Source of the DNA: Microcystaceae cyanobacterium
Lineage (GTDB): Bacteria; Cyanobacteriota; Cyanobacteriia; Cyanobacteriales; Microcystaceae
DNA length: 64,000 nucleotides
Assembly: GCA_041746575.1 (NCBI GenBank)
Contig: JBGTGT010000073.1
Span: 1-64,000 of the forward strand
Direction of reading: 5' to 3'
Shown here piece after piece: positions 10,270-18,934 of the stretch. Below the pieces are notes generated by a model. That model made no database searches. It worked only from the letters and a program-made list of their open reading frames with translations, and was not told where the DNA came from. The position numbers were made by a program, and so were the translations under genes. Every line of letters begins with the position of its first letter. Positions within the stretch are counted from its first letter, which is position 1.

Positions 10270-10698
10270 CTATTTTTGTAATCCAAAGCAGAATGCTTCA
10301 CCACTGCTTAACTCATAGCATTCAGCTACTTTATCCTCAGAGTTTGGGGTTTGTTCTGACATTTTTAAAAAGCTATCTAGACTTAACCTTTTAGCCGGTT
10401 TATCATAGACATTATAAGAACAAAATCCATAAGGATCGTATTTATTTTGAGGACAAAAATTGATTTTTTCTATCGGTGTTTCATGTCCATTTGTCCAAGT
10501 TAGAACTGCGTAGTGTCCACCTGCACCGTAACCAGCAGAAACAACACAAGGGCGAATATACTGTAAGTTCCGGTTGTTAAAATAGTAGCAGACTGCTGAC
10601 CTAGGCGGATAAGGTCGAGCTAACGACTTTGAAATTACAGCTATTGGGAAAACAATAATTATACCAATAAAAAATAATTGAGTAATTGGCTTTTTCAT
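10270..10698 (-). CDS. Hypothetical secreted Cys-containing protein
   Basis: Signal-peptide-like N-terminus, six Cys, GYGAGG motif; no family recognised. Confidence 0.7.
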   Translation of the reverse strand: MKKPITQLFFIGIIIVFPIAVISKSLARPYPPRSAVCYYFNNRNLQYIRPCVVSAGYGAGGHYAVLTWTNGHETPIEKINFCPQNKYDPYGFCSYNVYDKPAKRLSLDSFLKMSEQTPNSEDKVAECYELSSGEAFCFGLQK

Positions 10699-11041
10699 GG
10701 TCTATTTTAATAGAGTATGACTATTTAATCATAGATATTTACTAATATTTCGGGTAGATTTTCTTACCAGAAATAAAAGATAAATGAAAATAATAATAAT
10801 GATTATGATCTAAAATTTGATGTTTATAAAGGATTGAGCATTGCAGAATCTTGGATTGTCGATTATTTTATGGGGGATTAGGGGGATGGAAGCTGATGGT
10901 TTCTCCCAAACAACCGACAATCGACTTATCAAATCAGAGACAATAAAAGGGCCATTTCTAGAATTTTTCGCATTAAATCTAACATAGATCAAATATTTGA
11001 GATAATACCCTAAACTTAACCCGATTTTACAGTCATTGCGT

Positions 11042-12043
11042 TCAATGAGTGACTTTCCCCGGTACGTATTTAAAGTTAGTATCCCCTTGATAATCTGATA
11101 ATCGGGCTAATTCTTCTAAAGGAATGAGTCCTTCGTGAATTTTGCCCTTAATTACCCAAGTGGGGAAGGCTTTAACTCCCGCATCTTGACAAGCTTGAGG
11201 ATTGGGGTCTTTTCCTCTAGGATCACATTCAATATGATTCGTTTTGGCAAAGGCTTCTTTCCCAAATAACTGTTTCTGCATATAGCAGTAAGGACACCAA
11301 TAGGCGGCATATTCGGTTACTCCAGTGGCGGCTAAATGTTCGGCAAAGTCAATTTCTGCGTCACCAGAGGTGGTTGTAATTTCCCAACCCGTGGGGGGTT
11401 TGGCTTCCCCTTTAGCGGCAGGAGCGTAAATTTGTCCATTCGGGGCGATATTTTCGGCATTAATTCCCCCAGTGTTAGCGTTGGCGTACAGTCCCAACGT
11501 CCCGACTAAAGTAATAATAGCAACGACTAATCCTCTAAAAACGAGCGGGCCGATTTCATCCCAAGTGCGACCAAAGATGGCTAACATAAACAAACTCAAT
11601 GAACAAAGCGCAGAACCCACACAATAATAACAGGTTTCCTTCAACACAAAAAAGGCAATATACATCAAATAGCCACTAAAAACGGCCATCGCCGTTCCGC
11701 CGATAAATAGAAATTGCCACGTCCAATCCTCTACTTGGTTGCGTAATTTTTTATCATTTGTCGCATTGATTAAAAAAGGACTTAAAGCAAAGACCAACAT
11801 GGCAATATAAGCCAATAAACCGAAAAGACTTAGCGGAAGACCGAAAACCTTTGCATAGGAACTACTGAGAATTTGAGCGCAACTGGATTTGCCGGTGGCG
11901 GCATCAATCGGACAGGCGACACTTGCCCCTGAAAAGGACGCAATCGTAAGATAAGCTGTGATTGATATGCCAACAACTGCGATCGCTCCCATTATGAGGC
12001 GAGAATAACGATGAATCCAAGGAACTGGGCGTTTACGAATCAT
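11042..12043 (-). CDS. VKOR-thioredoxin fusion (SynDsbAB-type disulfide oxidoreductase)
   Basis: TM VKOR domain with loop Cys pair and CYYC; C-terminal Trx-like domain with YWCPYC and FPTW. Confidence 0.93.
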   Translation of the reverse strand: MIRKRPVPWIHRYSRLIMGAIAVVGISITAYLTIASFSGASVACPIDAATGKSSCAQILSSSYAKVFGLPLSLFGLLAYIAMLVFALSPFLINATNDKKLRNQVEDWTWQFLFIGGTAMAVFSGYLMYIAFFVLKETCYYCVGSALCSLSLFMLAIFGRTWDEIGPLVFRGLVVAIITLVGTLGLYANANTGGINAENIAPNGQIYAPAAKGEAKPPTGWEITTTSGDAEIDFAEHLAATGVTEYAAYWCPYCYMQKQLFGKEAFAKTNHIECDPRGKDPNPQACQDAGVKAFPTWVIKGKIHEGLIPLEELARLSDYQGDTNFKYVPGKVTH

Positions 12044-12217
12044 GGTTAAAGTGAAGAAGAGTACTTGAACAACGTGATGCTATTTTAGCAATAAAAAAGG
12101 GACGCAGATTTAGGTTGATTACAGAATAATTTTTGTGTTTGAAAAGAGAAGCAATTAAAACGAATTATTGTTGTTTTTTGAGCGGATTCAAATTTAAATT
12201 TATTAAGTTTAGCTGAA

Positions 12218-13507
12218 TTAATTTGCTTCATTGTTTCTAGGCGTAGCAGGATTAGGCGAAGTTGTTTTGATCATCGGACGGGGTAAATACCATTTAAAAT
12301 GTTGATAGGCGGTACGAGAAAATTCCTGAATCAGTTTTCTGCCAGCGTCATCATTGTGAGGCCGTTGTGTTAAAACGGTTCCAATATATCGCTTTCCTGT
12401 CGGTATATCAACAATCCCTGAATCTCCTAATACTGAGCCAATATCACCGGTTTTATGGGCAATAGTTGCCCCTTTTTCAAGACCTTGAGGCAACAGAGTC
12501 CGAGTCTTAGTTTCCTGCATTATTTTTAATAAGCGATCGCGTGATTTTAAAGAAATTAATTCCCCTTGAGAAACTTTGGCTAAAAGGAGGGTTAAATCCT
12601 GAGAAGAAGTGGTATTTGTTCCTTCTAAATCGGGCAGAATGTTATTAATAACCGTGGCAGACATTCCCCAATCTTTAAATCGTTGGTTTAACGCCTCTTT
12701 GCCCCCTAAACGTCGAATTAACATATTGGTCGCTGTATTATCGCTAATGATAATCATTTTTGTGGCGATGTCTAAAGATGAGTATTGTTGATTGATTCCT
12801 TGATATTGCAGATCTCCTGAGCCGGAGGCGATTACGGTTTTATCAGCCGTTAGTTTTTCGTCGAGGTGAATTTTCTCTGCATCTACATCTTGGAAAAATG
12901 CCACGAGAATCGGTATTTTAATGGTACTAGCGGCGGCAATCGGCGCATTTCCCTTAAAATTGACATAATTGCCGTTATCCATGTCCACAAAAAAAGCTTG
13001 GGGTTTCAATGTTGGATATTTGGCCGTAATTTCATTGAATTTACTTTTAAGAGGTGCAATTTCCTGTGTCAGTTGAAGGGAAGGGGTGACGATAACAGGG
13101 GAAGTCGTCGGTTGAAGGGTGGGTTTCTCGGCGGTTTTGGCGAGGGGGGCAGAAAAACTTAAAGCGTTAAAAAAACGAGTGGGATTAACTAAAGGTAAGA
13201 CTGTCCCAGCAATTGCACCTAGAGCGACCCCTGCAATTCCTAACCGCAAAAGATAGAGGAAAATAATCATTAAAGGATTAGACGGGCGTTTCTGACTAGG
13301 GCGACGGAGGGAACGAGATTCAACAGGCTTAGCAACGACGGTTAAAGTAGGAGGGGTAATAGGGGTCGAATCACGAGATTCTATCTTAGCTTTTGTTGCT
13401 TTTTTGGGAAGAACTGTTAATTTTTGGCGACGCATGGATTTCCGACGAGGGGAGAAACGGGAAGTACGCATAGAATATATAGGAGAGGGTAGATAAAATG
13501 CGATCAA
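12218..13507 (-). CDS. Class A beta-lactamase-like serine hydrolase (cyanobacterial PBP-A type); true start probably downstream
   Basis: AASTIK (SxxK), SDN, HKTG motifs; N-terminal basic region plus TM. Confidence 0.88.
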   Translation of the reverse strand: MIAFYLPSPIYSMRTSRFSPRRKSMRRQKLTVLPKKATKAKIESRDSTPITPPTLTVVAKPVESRSLRRPSQKRPSNPLMIIFLYLLRLGIAGVALGAIAGTVLPLVNPTRFFNALSFSAPLAKTAEKPTLQPTTSPVIVTPSLQLTQEIAPLKSKFNEITAKYPTLKPQAFFVDMDNGNYVNFKGNAPIAAASTIKIPILVAFFQDVDAEKIHLDEKLTADKTVIASGSGDLQYQGINQQYSSLDIATKMIIISDNTATNMLIRRLGGKEALNQRFKDWGMSATVINNILPDLEGTNTTSSQDLTLLLAKVSQGELISLKSRDRLLKIMQETKTRTLLPQGLEKGATIAHKTGDIGSVLGDSGIVDIPTGKRYIGTVLTQRPHNDDAGRKLIQEFSRTAYQHFKWYLPRPMIKTTSPNPATPRNNEAN

Positions 13508-13869
13508 GATGGGTTTATCCAGTAAAGATACCCCATATAGACATTACTTTAGGATAAGTGTTCCGTTACCAGCAAGGAGCAATAAGTTCTTAAGATTTTT
13601 TAAGAGGTTGACACGTCAGGTTTAACGATTCACTATCTAGAACCTTCATTCTAGGCGGACAAAACAAAGTCTGAGCAGTCGAGGACAGGTATTTCTATCC
13701 AATAGATAGGTTTTATCAATTTTCCCTCATTTTGAGTTAATTTTCAGCCTCTTAAATGATTTGTTCGTGTGATCTTTTCCCTTAAATTCTTGCTTCATCT
13801 TATGAAATATGCTATAGTTTAGGTGCATAAGGCATCTCAAATTTTGTTGTTAGAAATAGGAGTCAAGTC

Positions 13870-14430
13870 ATTTTGGGACGATTAAAAAGAAGCAATCGAC
13901 CACCCGTATCTCGTCAACCCGAAAAACATCTGATTAACGAAAAAATTCAAAAGCTAGACACGGATGAGGTGAGAGTGATTTCGCAATCTGGGGAGCAAAT
14001 GGGTATCAAATCTCTTCAAGAAGCCATCACCTTAGCGCAAGAAGCAGGTTTAGATTTAGTTGCCGTTTCTCCTGATGCTTCTCCCCCCGTGTGCAAAATT
14101 ATTGACTACGGTAAATACAAATATCAACTTCAGAAGAAGGAATCAGAAGCGAAGAAAAACCGGACAGAAACGCAGATTAAAGAACTCAAATTGGGCTATT
14201 GCACTGATGTCGGCGACTTAAATACGAAGATCAAACACGCTCGTAAATTCCTCGCTAATGGTTGTAAGGTTAAGCTTTCAATGCGTTTTAAAGGTAGAGA
14301 GAAAGCCTTTATGAGTCAAGGAAGAGAAAAGCTAGATAGTATTGTTGAACAACTCTCTGATGTGGCTTCTATTGATGGGCATCATTCTCGCAGTGGCAAT
14401 CAGATTCAAGTGTTACTTGCACCCTGCTAA
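13870..14430 (+). CDS. infC: Translation initiation factor IF-3 (divergent paralog), probable ATT start
   Basis: INEKI, GLDLV, PPVCKIIDYGKYKY, MRFKGRE; AGGAG at 13858-13862 and in-frame ATT at 13870 just before TTG 13873. Confidence 0.9.
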   Translation: MLGRLKRSNRPPVSRQPEKHLINEKIQKLDTDEVRVISQSGEQMGIKSLQEAITLAQEAGLDLVAVSPDASPPVCKIIDYGKYKYQLQKKESEAKKNRTETQIKELKLGYCTDVGDLNTKIKHARKFLANGCKVKLSMRFKGREKAFMSQGREKLDSIVEQLSDVASIDGHHSRSGNQIQVLLAPC

Positions 14431-14649
14431 TTAAAAAAAATATTATATTAGGTTTGTAGCTAGCTTAAAAAGCTAGATAAGGGGGGCTTAAATCCTCGTT
14501 ACAAACCTTGTTGAACATCATTTTCTATCTGAGTAAACCGATAGCTGTCACTCAAAATAGGTGATTGAGAAAAAGGCGGTGGGAATTTTATCGGGGCGTT
14601 TATAGGCACAATCGTCTGATTTTTAGGAGATAAGTTTACTCAAGATAGG

Positions 14650-14991
14650 TTACTGGCGATTTTCGGTAAAAATTAAATAAGCGGCTCCTGCCAAAAGCAT
14701 AGCTGCTAGAAAATAGTTGCGAGTGACGGGAATTTTTAAGTAAGCAACACTAAATCCGGCAAAAACAATCATTGTGGTAATTTCTTGTAAAACTTTCAAT
14801 TGAGAAAAGCTAAAATAGTAAATTCCAATGCGATTGGCAGGTGCTTGAAAACAATATTCAAAAAAAGCAATCAACCAACTGATAGCGATCGCCCCAATCA
14901 CGGGAGCCGTTTTTAAATCTTTGAGATGACCATACCAAGCAAAAGTCATAAAAATGTTAGATATTAACAACAAAATAATCGGTTTAGCCAT
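14650..14991 (-). CDS. DMT-superfamily small membrane protein (DUF486)
   Basis: SNIFMTFAWYGHLK, SWLIAFFEYCFQAPANRIG, QLKVLQE. Confidence 0.9.
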   Translation of the reverse strand: MAKPIILLLISNIFMTFAWYGHLKDLKTAPVIGAIAISWLIAFFEYCFQAPANRIGIYYFSFSQLKVLQEITTMIVFAGFSVAYLKIPVTRNYFLAAMLLAGAAYLIFTENRQ

Positions 14992-15036
14992 AATTTTTGT
15001 CGAAATAAAAAGTTGGATATTACAAAATTGAGTTGT

Positions 15037-18000
15037 CTATTCTTCTCGTTTTTCTTCAACTCCTCTTTCCCCTTGATGAACTAAATTACGCAATTGATCT
15101 AAGACATCTTGCTTAACATTTTGCCATAAATTTCTTTGATGCGCTTCTAATAACCGTTCTGCCATATCTCGTAATGCCCAAGGATTTTTATCTTGTATAA
15201 ATTGCTGGACTTTTTCATCGAATAAATAAGCGTCAGCAACCCCTTGATAAAGATAGTCTTCAACACAATGGGTGGTGGCATCGTAAGCGAATAAATAATC
15301 CACCGTAGCAGCCATTTCAAATGCGCCTTTATAACCATGACGCATTACGCCTTCAATCCATTTTGGATTCACGACGCGGGAACGATAAACTCGATTAATT
15401 TCTTCTTTGAGTAAACGAACTTTGGGATTTTGGGGTAAGGAATTATCGCCAAAATAGACAGTCGGATTTCGTCCGGTTAAGGCTCTAGTGGCAACAGTTA
15501 ATCCTCCTTGAAATTGATAATAATCATCGGAGTCTAATAAATCATGCTCTCGGTTATCTTGATTATGCACAATAATTTGTAAGTTTTTTAAGCGTTGTTC
15601 AAAGACTTCTGGAATGGCATGACCTTCCCCTTTTTGATCATAAGCATAACAACTCCAATTCAGATAAGCACGGGCTAAATCTTCATCATTTTGCCAATTC
15701 TGCGCTTCGATTAATCCTTGTAATCCTGCGCCATAAGCTCCCGGTTTTGAACCAAAAATTCGATAGGTTGCTCTCTGATTCGCCTGTTCTTTTGTTAATC
15801 CTTGATCTTGCCAAAAAGCCTGTTCTGTCTGTACTTGCGCCGCTAAAGGATTAATTTCTGAAGTTTCTTCTTGACAGGCAACTGCCTTAATGCTATTTTG
15901 AAGCAGATGGAGTAAATTGGGAAAACTATCTCTAAAAAAGCCCGATATCCTGACCGTAACATCCACCCGAGGCCGTCCTAAAACGGATGGGGCAAGAATT
16001 TCAAAGTCTATTACCCGACGGGAAGCGTGATCCCAAACGGGTTGAACCCCCAACAATGCCAACACCTGCGCGACATCATCCCCTCCCGTCCGCATCGTGG
16101 AAGTTCCCCAAATTGAAATTGCTAAAGTTTTAGGATATTCTCCGTTTTCTTGAGTATATCGTTCAATTAATAACTCTGCTGCTTTCCTACCTAAATCCCA
16201 CGCCGTTTCTGTGGGAATCGCACGAATATCCACTGAATAAAAATTACGTCCAGTGGGTAAAACATCGGGACGACCGCGGGTGGGTGCGCCAGATGAACCA
16301 CTGGGGACATAGTTCCCGTTTAAACCAGCGAGTAAATGAGTCGTTTCCTGTGAGGTTTGCTCTAAAGCAGGAATTAGCGTTTTTTTCAGCCAATTAAGAA
16401 TTTTTTGAGTCTGAGGAAATGGGATTTTCTCGCCTTCGTGTCTGTCTAAATTCTGCTCAGTTATTAAGCTTGAAATAAGCCCTTTTGCGTAGGTTTCAAG
16501 GGCATCGATGGCATCTCCATAGTTAGGTATCTGAGGGAGATTAAAAGGGGCAAATCGGGGCAATAATTGCGGGGCAATGAGATGTGTGGGATCGACGGTG
16601 AGAGGATCGAAATCTAGGGTGAAATCTTGAGCGATCGCTTGGGTGAGTCCGGGACGATTATAATTAGGAAAGCGGGCAATCGCTAAGATTAAATCGTTCA
16701 ATTGAGGAGGCGGAGGACAACAACCCAAAATATGTAATCCATCTCGAATTTGTGCCGCTTTGATATCACATAAATAACTATCAGCTAGGTTAAGAATAGC
16801 AGGTAAGGTATTCAGATTGATCGTATCGATTCCCAAATCTTGATTAAGCTGGGTTTGATTGAGAAGTTGAGTGATGCGCTCGCCGATGACTTTCAATCGA
16901 GTAGGATCAAGGGTTTGCGCTTCATAATATTCATCAATAAGGGTTTCTAATTGGGCTAAATCTCCGTATAAATCAGCACGGGTTAACGGCGGAGTTAGGT
17001 GATCAATAATGACAGCATGGGAACGGCGTTTGGCTTGCGATCCTTCCCCCGGATCATTGACAATAAAAGGGTAAAAATGAGGTAAGGTTTCCAGGGCAAT
17101 ATGAGGATAGCATTGAGAAGATAAAGCTAAACTTTTTCCGGGTAGCCATTCTAGATTACCATGTTTCCCCAAATGAATAATAGCATGGGCATTAAATTGG
17201 GTCTTTAACCAATAATAATAAGCTAAATAATCAGGTGTTGGTTCTAAGTCAGGAGCGTGATAATTTAAACTGGGATCATGATCGTATCCCCTAGAAGGTT
17301 GAATGCCAATAAAGATGTTGCCAAATTGTTTACCTGCAATAGGAATCTGGGAAGTATGATCGAAGGATAGATAGCGATCGCCCCATCGTTTCAACAGTTG
17401 TTCTTGACGGGTTTGGGGTAAGGTTTTAAAGTATTCTCGGTAGGTTGAGGCTGATAAAGATTGATCGCTTTTTCGATACTCTTTTCCTTCTGGATCGTTT
17501 GTAATTTTTTGAGTCAGTAAGTGTATCAGTTCATCGCCTGTTTGCGGTAAAAAAGATAAATTTGAAGGGGCATTTTGACGGTCAGCTTTCAAAACATATC
17601 CCTCCTGCTGTAACGCTTTTAAGACTTCAATGCAACTCGCTGGCGTGTCTAATCCAACGCCATTGGCAATACGTCCGTCTTTATTGGGATAGTTGGCTAA
17701 AATAATGACAATTTTGCGTTCAGCAATTGGTGTTTTTTTCAAAGTAATCCAGTTTTCGACTAAGGCGGTGACAAATTCAATTCCTTCAAGATGGGGTTGA
17801 TAAATGACTAGATTGGTTTCTAATTGAGCATGCCATCTGGCAACCGATTTAAAGGAAATAATACGGGTAATAATGCGTCCATCTACTTCAGGTAATGCCA
17901 CGTTCATCGCTACATCTCTAGGCGTTAATCCTTGAAACCCGTTTTCCCATGTCTCTAAGGTGCTACTACTAAAAATGGCTTGTAGGATAGGCACATTTAA

Positions 18001-18828
18001 CTTTTTCCATAGGCTTAAACCGTCTTGAGCGGTTTCTTCAAAATCCAATTTTGCTAACGAAAAACTGGTGGTATTGATAATAATATCGATTCCTTGAAAA
18101 TAGGATAATAATGCTTCTTGAATATCGGGATCTCTTAAGGAAGTCACAAAAATAGGAATCGGCTGTAAATTCCGCTCAATTAGATAGCGACAAAGAACAT
18201 CAATAGGTAGGGTATTTCCTGCTAAATAATGGGAACGATAAAATAAAATGCCGACTTTATGATCTCGCTTGATGTCTGAGTAATAACTGATGCCAATGCG
18301 GGGAACTTCTTGGGGCAGAATGGGGCGATAATTTGTCTGAAAAGCAGAGTCTGAGATAAATTTAAGACCATTTATCCAATTTTCTTGACCTCCTTCCGTT
18401 AGATATTGCCAAAATTGATGCACAATATTAATCGGAACAGTAGAATGACTCATTAAGGTCGAATCTAGATAGTTATCTCCCGGCAGAACCCATAACTGTA
18501 TTCCCCTTTCTCTAACAATTTCCTCGATGACTTCTAAGCCATAAGACCAATAAGATTGACCTCCTAATAATCTTAAAATAATGACATCCGCCTGACCTAA
18601 AACGGTCTCTCCATAGTGATCAATACTTAAGGGTTGCTGAAGTTGTAAAAGATTGACACAGCGTAACGTCGGAAAGGATGAAGGTAAATAGGGCAGAGCA
18701 ACAGCAAGGCTTTGAATGTCTGTGTCTGCTGAGGTCAAGAAAATCAAGGAAGCAGGGGTTTGCTCGACGAAAATAACGCCTTCTGTGTCGGGTGTCCATC
18801 CCCCCGTTAGGGTCGTGAGTCGGTGCAT
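15037..18828 (-). CDS. cobN: Cobaltochelatase subunit CobN
   Basis: MHRL start, GVGLDTP, HLGKHGNLEWLPGK, DPGEGSQAKRR, LPTGRNFYS, NPKWIEGVMRHGYKGA. Confidence 0.96.
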   Translation of the reverse strand: MHRLTTLTGGWTPDTEGVIFVEQTPASLIFLTSADTDIQSLAVALPYLPSSFPTLRCVNLLQLQQPLSIDHYGETVLGQADVIILRLLGGQSYWSYGLEVIEEIVRERGIQLWVLPGDNYLDSTLMSHSTVPINIVHQFWQYLTEGGQENWINGLKFISDSAFQTNYRPILPQEVPRIGISYYSDIKRDHKVGILFYRSHYLAGNTLPIDVLCRYLIERNLQPIPIFVTSLRDPDIQEALLSYFQGIDIIINTTSFSLAKLDFEETAQDGLSLWKKLNVPILQAIFSSSTLETWENGFQGLTPRDVAMNVALPEVDGRIITRIISFKSVARWHAQLETNLVIYQPHLEGIEFVTALVENWITLKKTPIAERKIVIILANYPNKDGRIANGVGLDTPASCIEVLKALQQEGYVLKADRQNAPSNLSFLPQTGDELIHLLTQKITNDPEGKEYRKSDQSLSASTYREYFKTLPQTRQEQLLKRWGDRYLSFDHTSQIPIAGKQFGNIFIGIQPSRGYDHDPSLNYHAPDLEPTPDYLAYYYWLKTQFNAHAIIHLGKHGNLEWLPGKSLALSSQCYPHIALETLPHFYPFIVNDPGEGSQAKRRSHAVIIDHLTPPLTRADLYGDLAQLETLIDEYYEAQTLDPTRLKVIGERITQLLNQTQLNQDLGIDTINLNTLPAILNLADSYLCDIKAAQIRDGLHILGCCPPPPQLNDLILAIARFPNYNRPGLTQAIAQDFTLDFDPLTVDPTHLIAPQLLPRFAPFNLPQIPNYGDAIDALETYAKGLISSLITEQNLDRHEGEKIPFPQTQKILNWLKKTLIPALEQTSQETTHLLAGLNGNYVPSGSSGAPTRGRPDVLPTGRNFYSVDIRAIPTETAWDLGRKAAELLIERYTQENGEYPKTLAISIWGTSTMRTGGDDVAQVLALLGVQPVWDHASRRVIDFEILAPSVLGRPRVDVTVRISGFFRDSFPNLLHLLQNSIKAVACQEETSEINPLAAQVQTEQAFWQDQGLTKEQANQRATYRIFGSKPGAYGAGLQGLIEAQNWQNDEDLARAYLNWSCYAYDQKGEGHAIPEVFEQRLKNLQIIVHNQDNREHDLLDSDDYYQFQGGLTVATRALTGRNPTVYFGDNSLPQNPKVRLLKEEINRVYRSRVVNPKWIEGVMRHGYKGAFEMAATVDYLFAYDATTHCVEDYLYQGVADAYLFDEKVQQFIQDKNPWALRDMAERLLEAHQRNLWQNVKQDVLDQLRNLVHQGERGVEEKREE

Positions 18829-18934
18829 AAAAATCGTATCTTTAAAAAAGGTTAGGTTTCACGCCTAAAGGTCTAGCATAAGCGATCCTAGAGGATGACC
18901 CCTGATAGGTTGCTCTTACACTATCCCTAGAATA

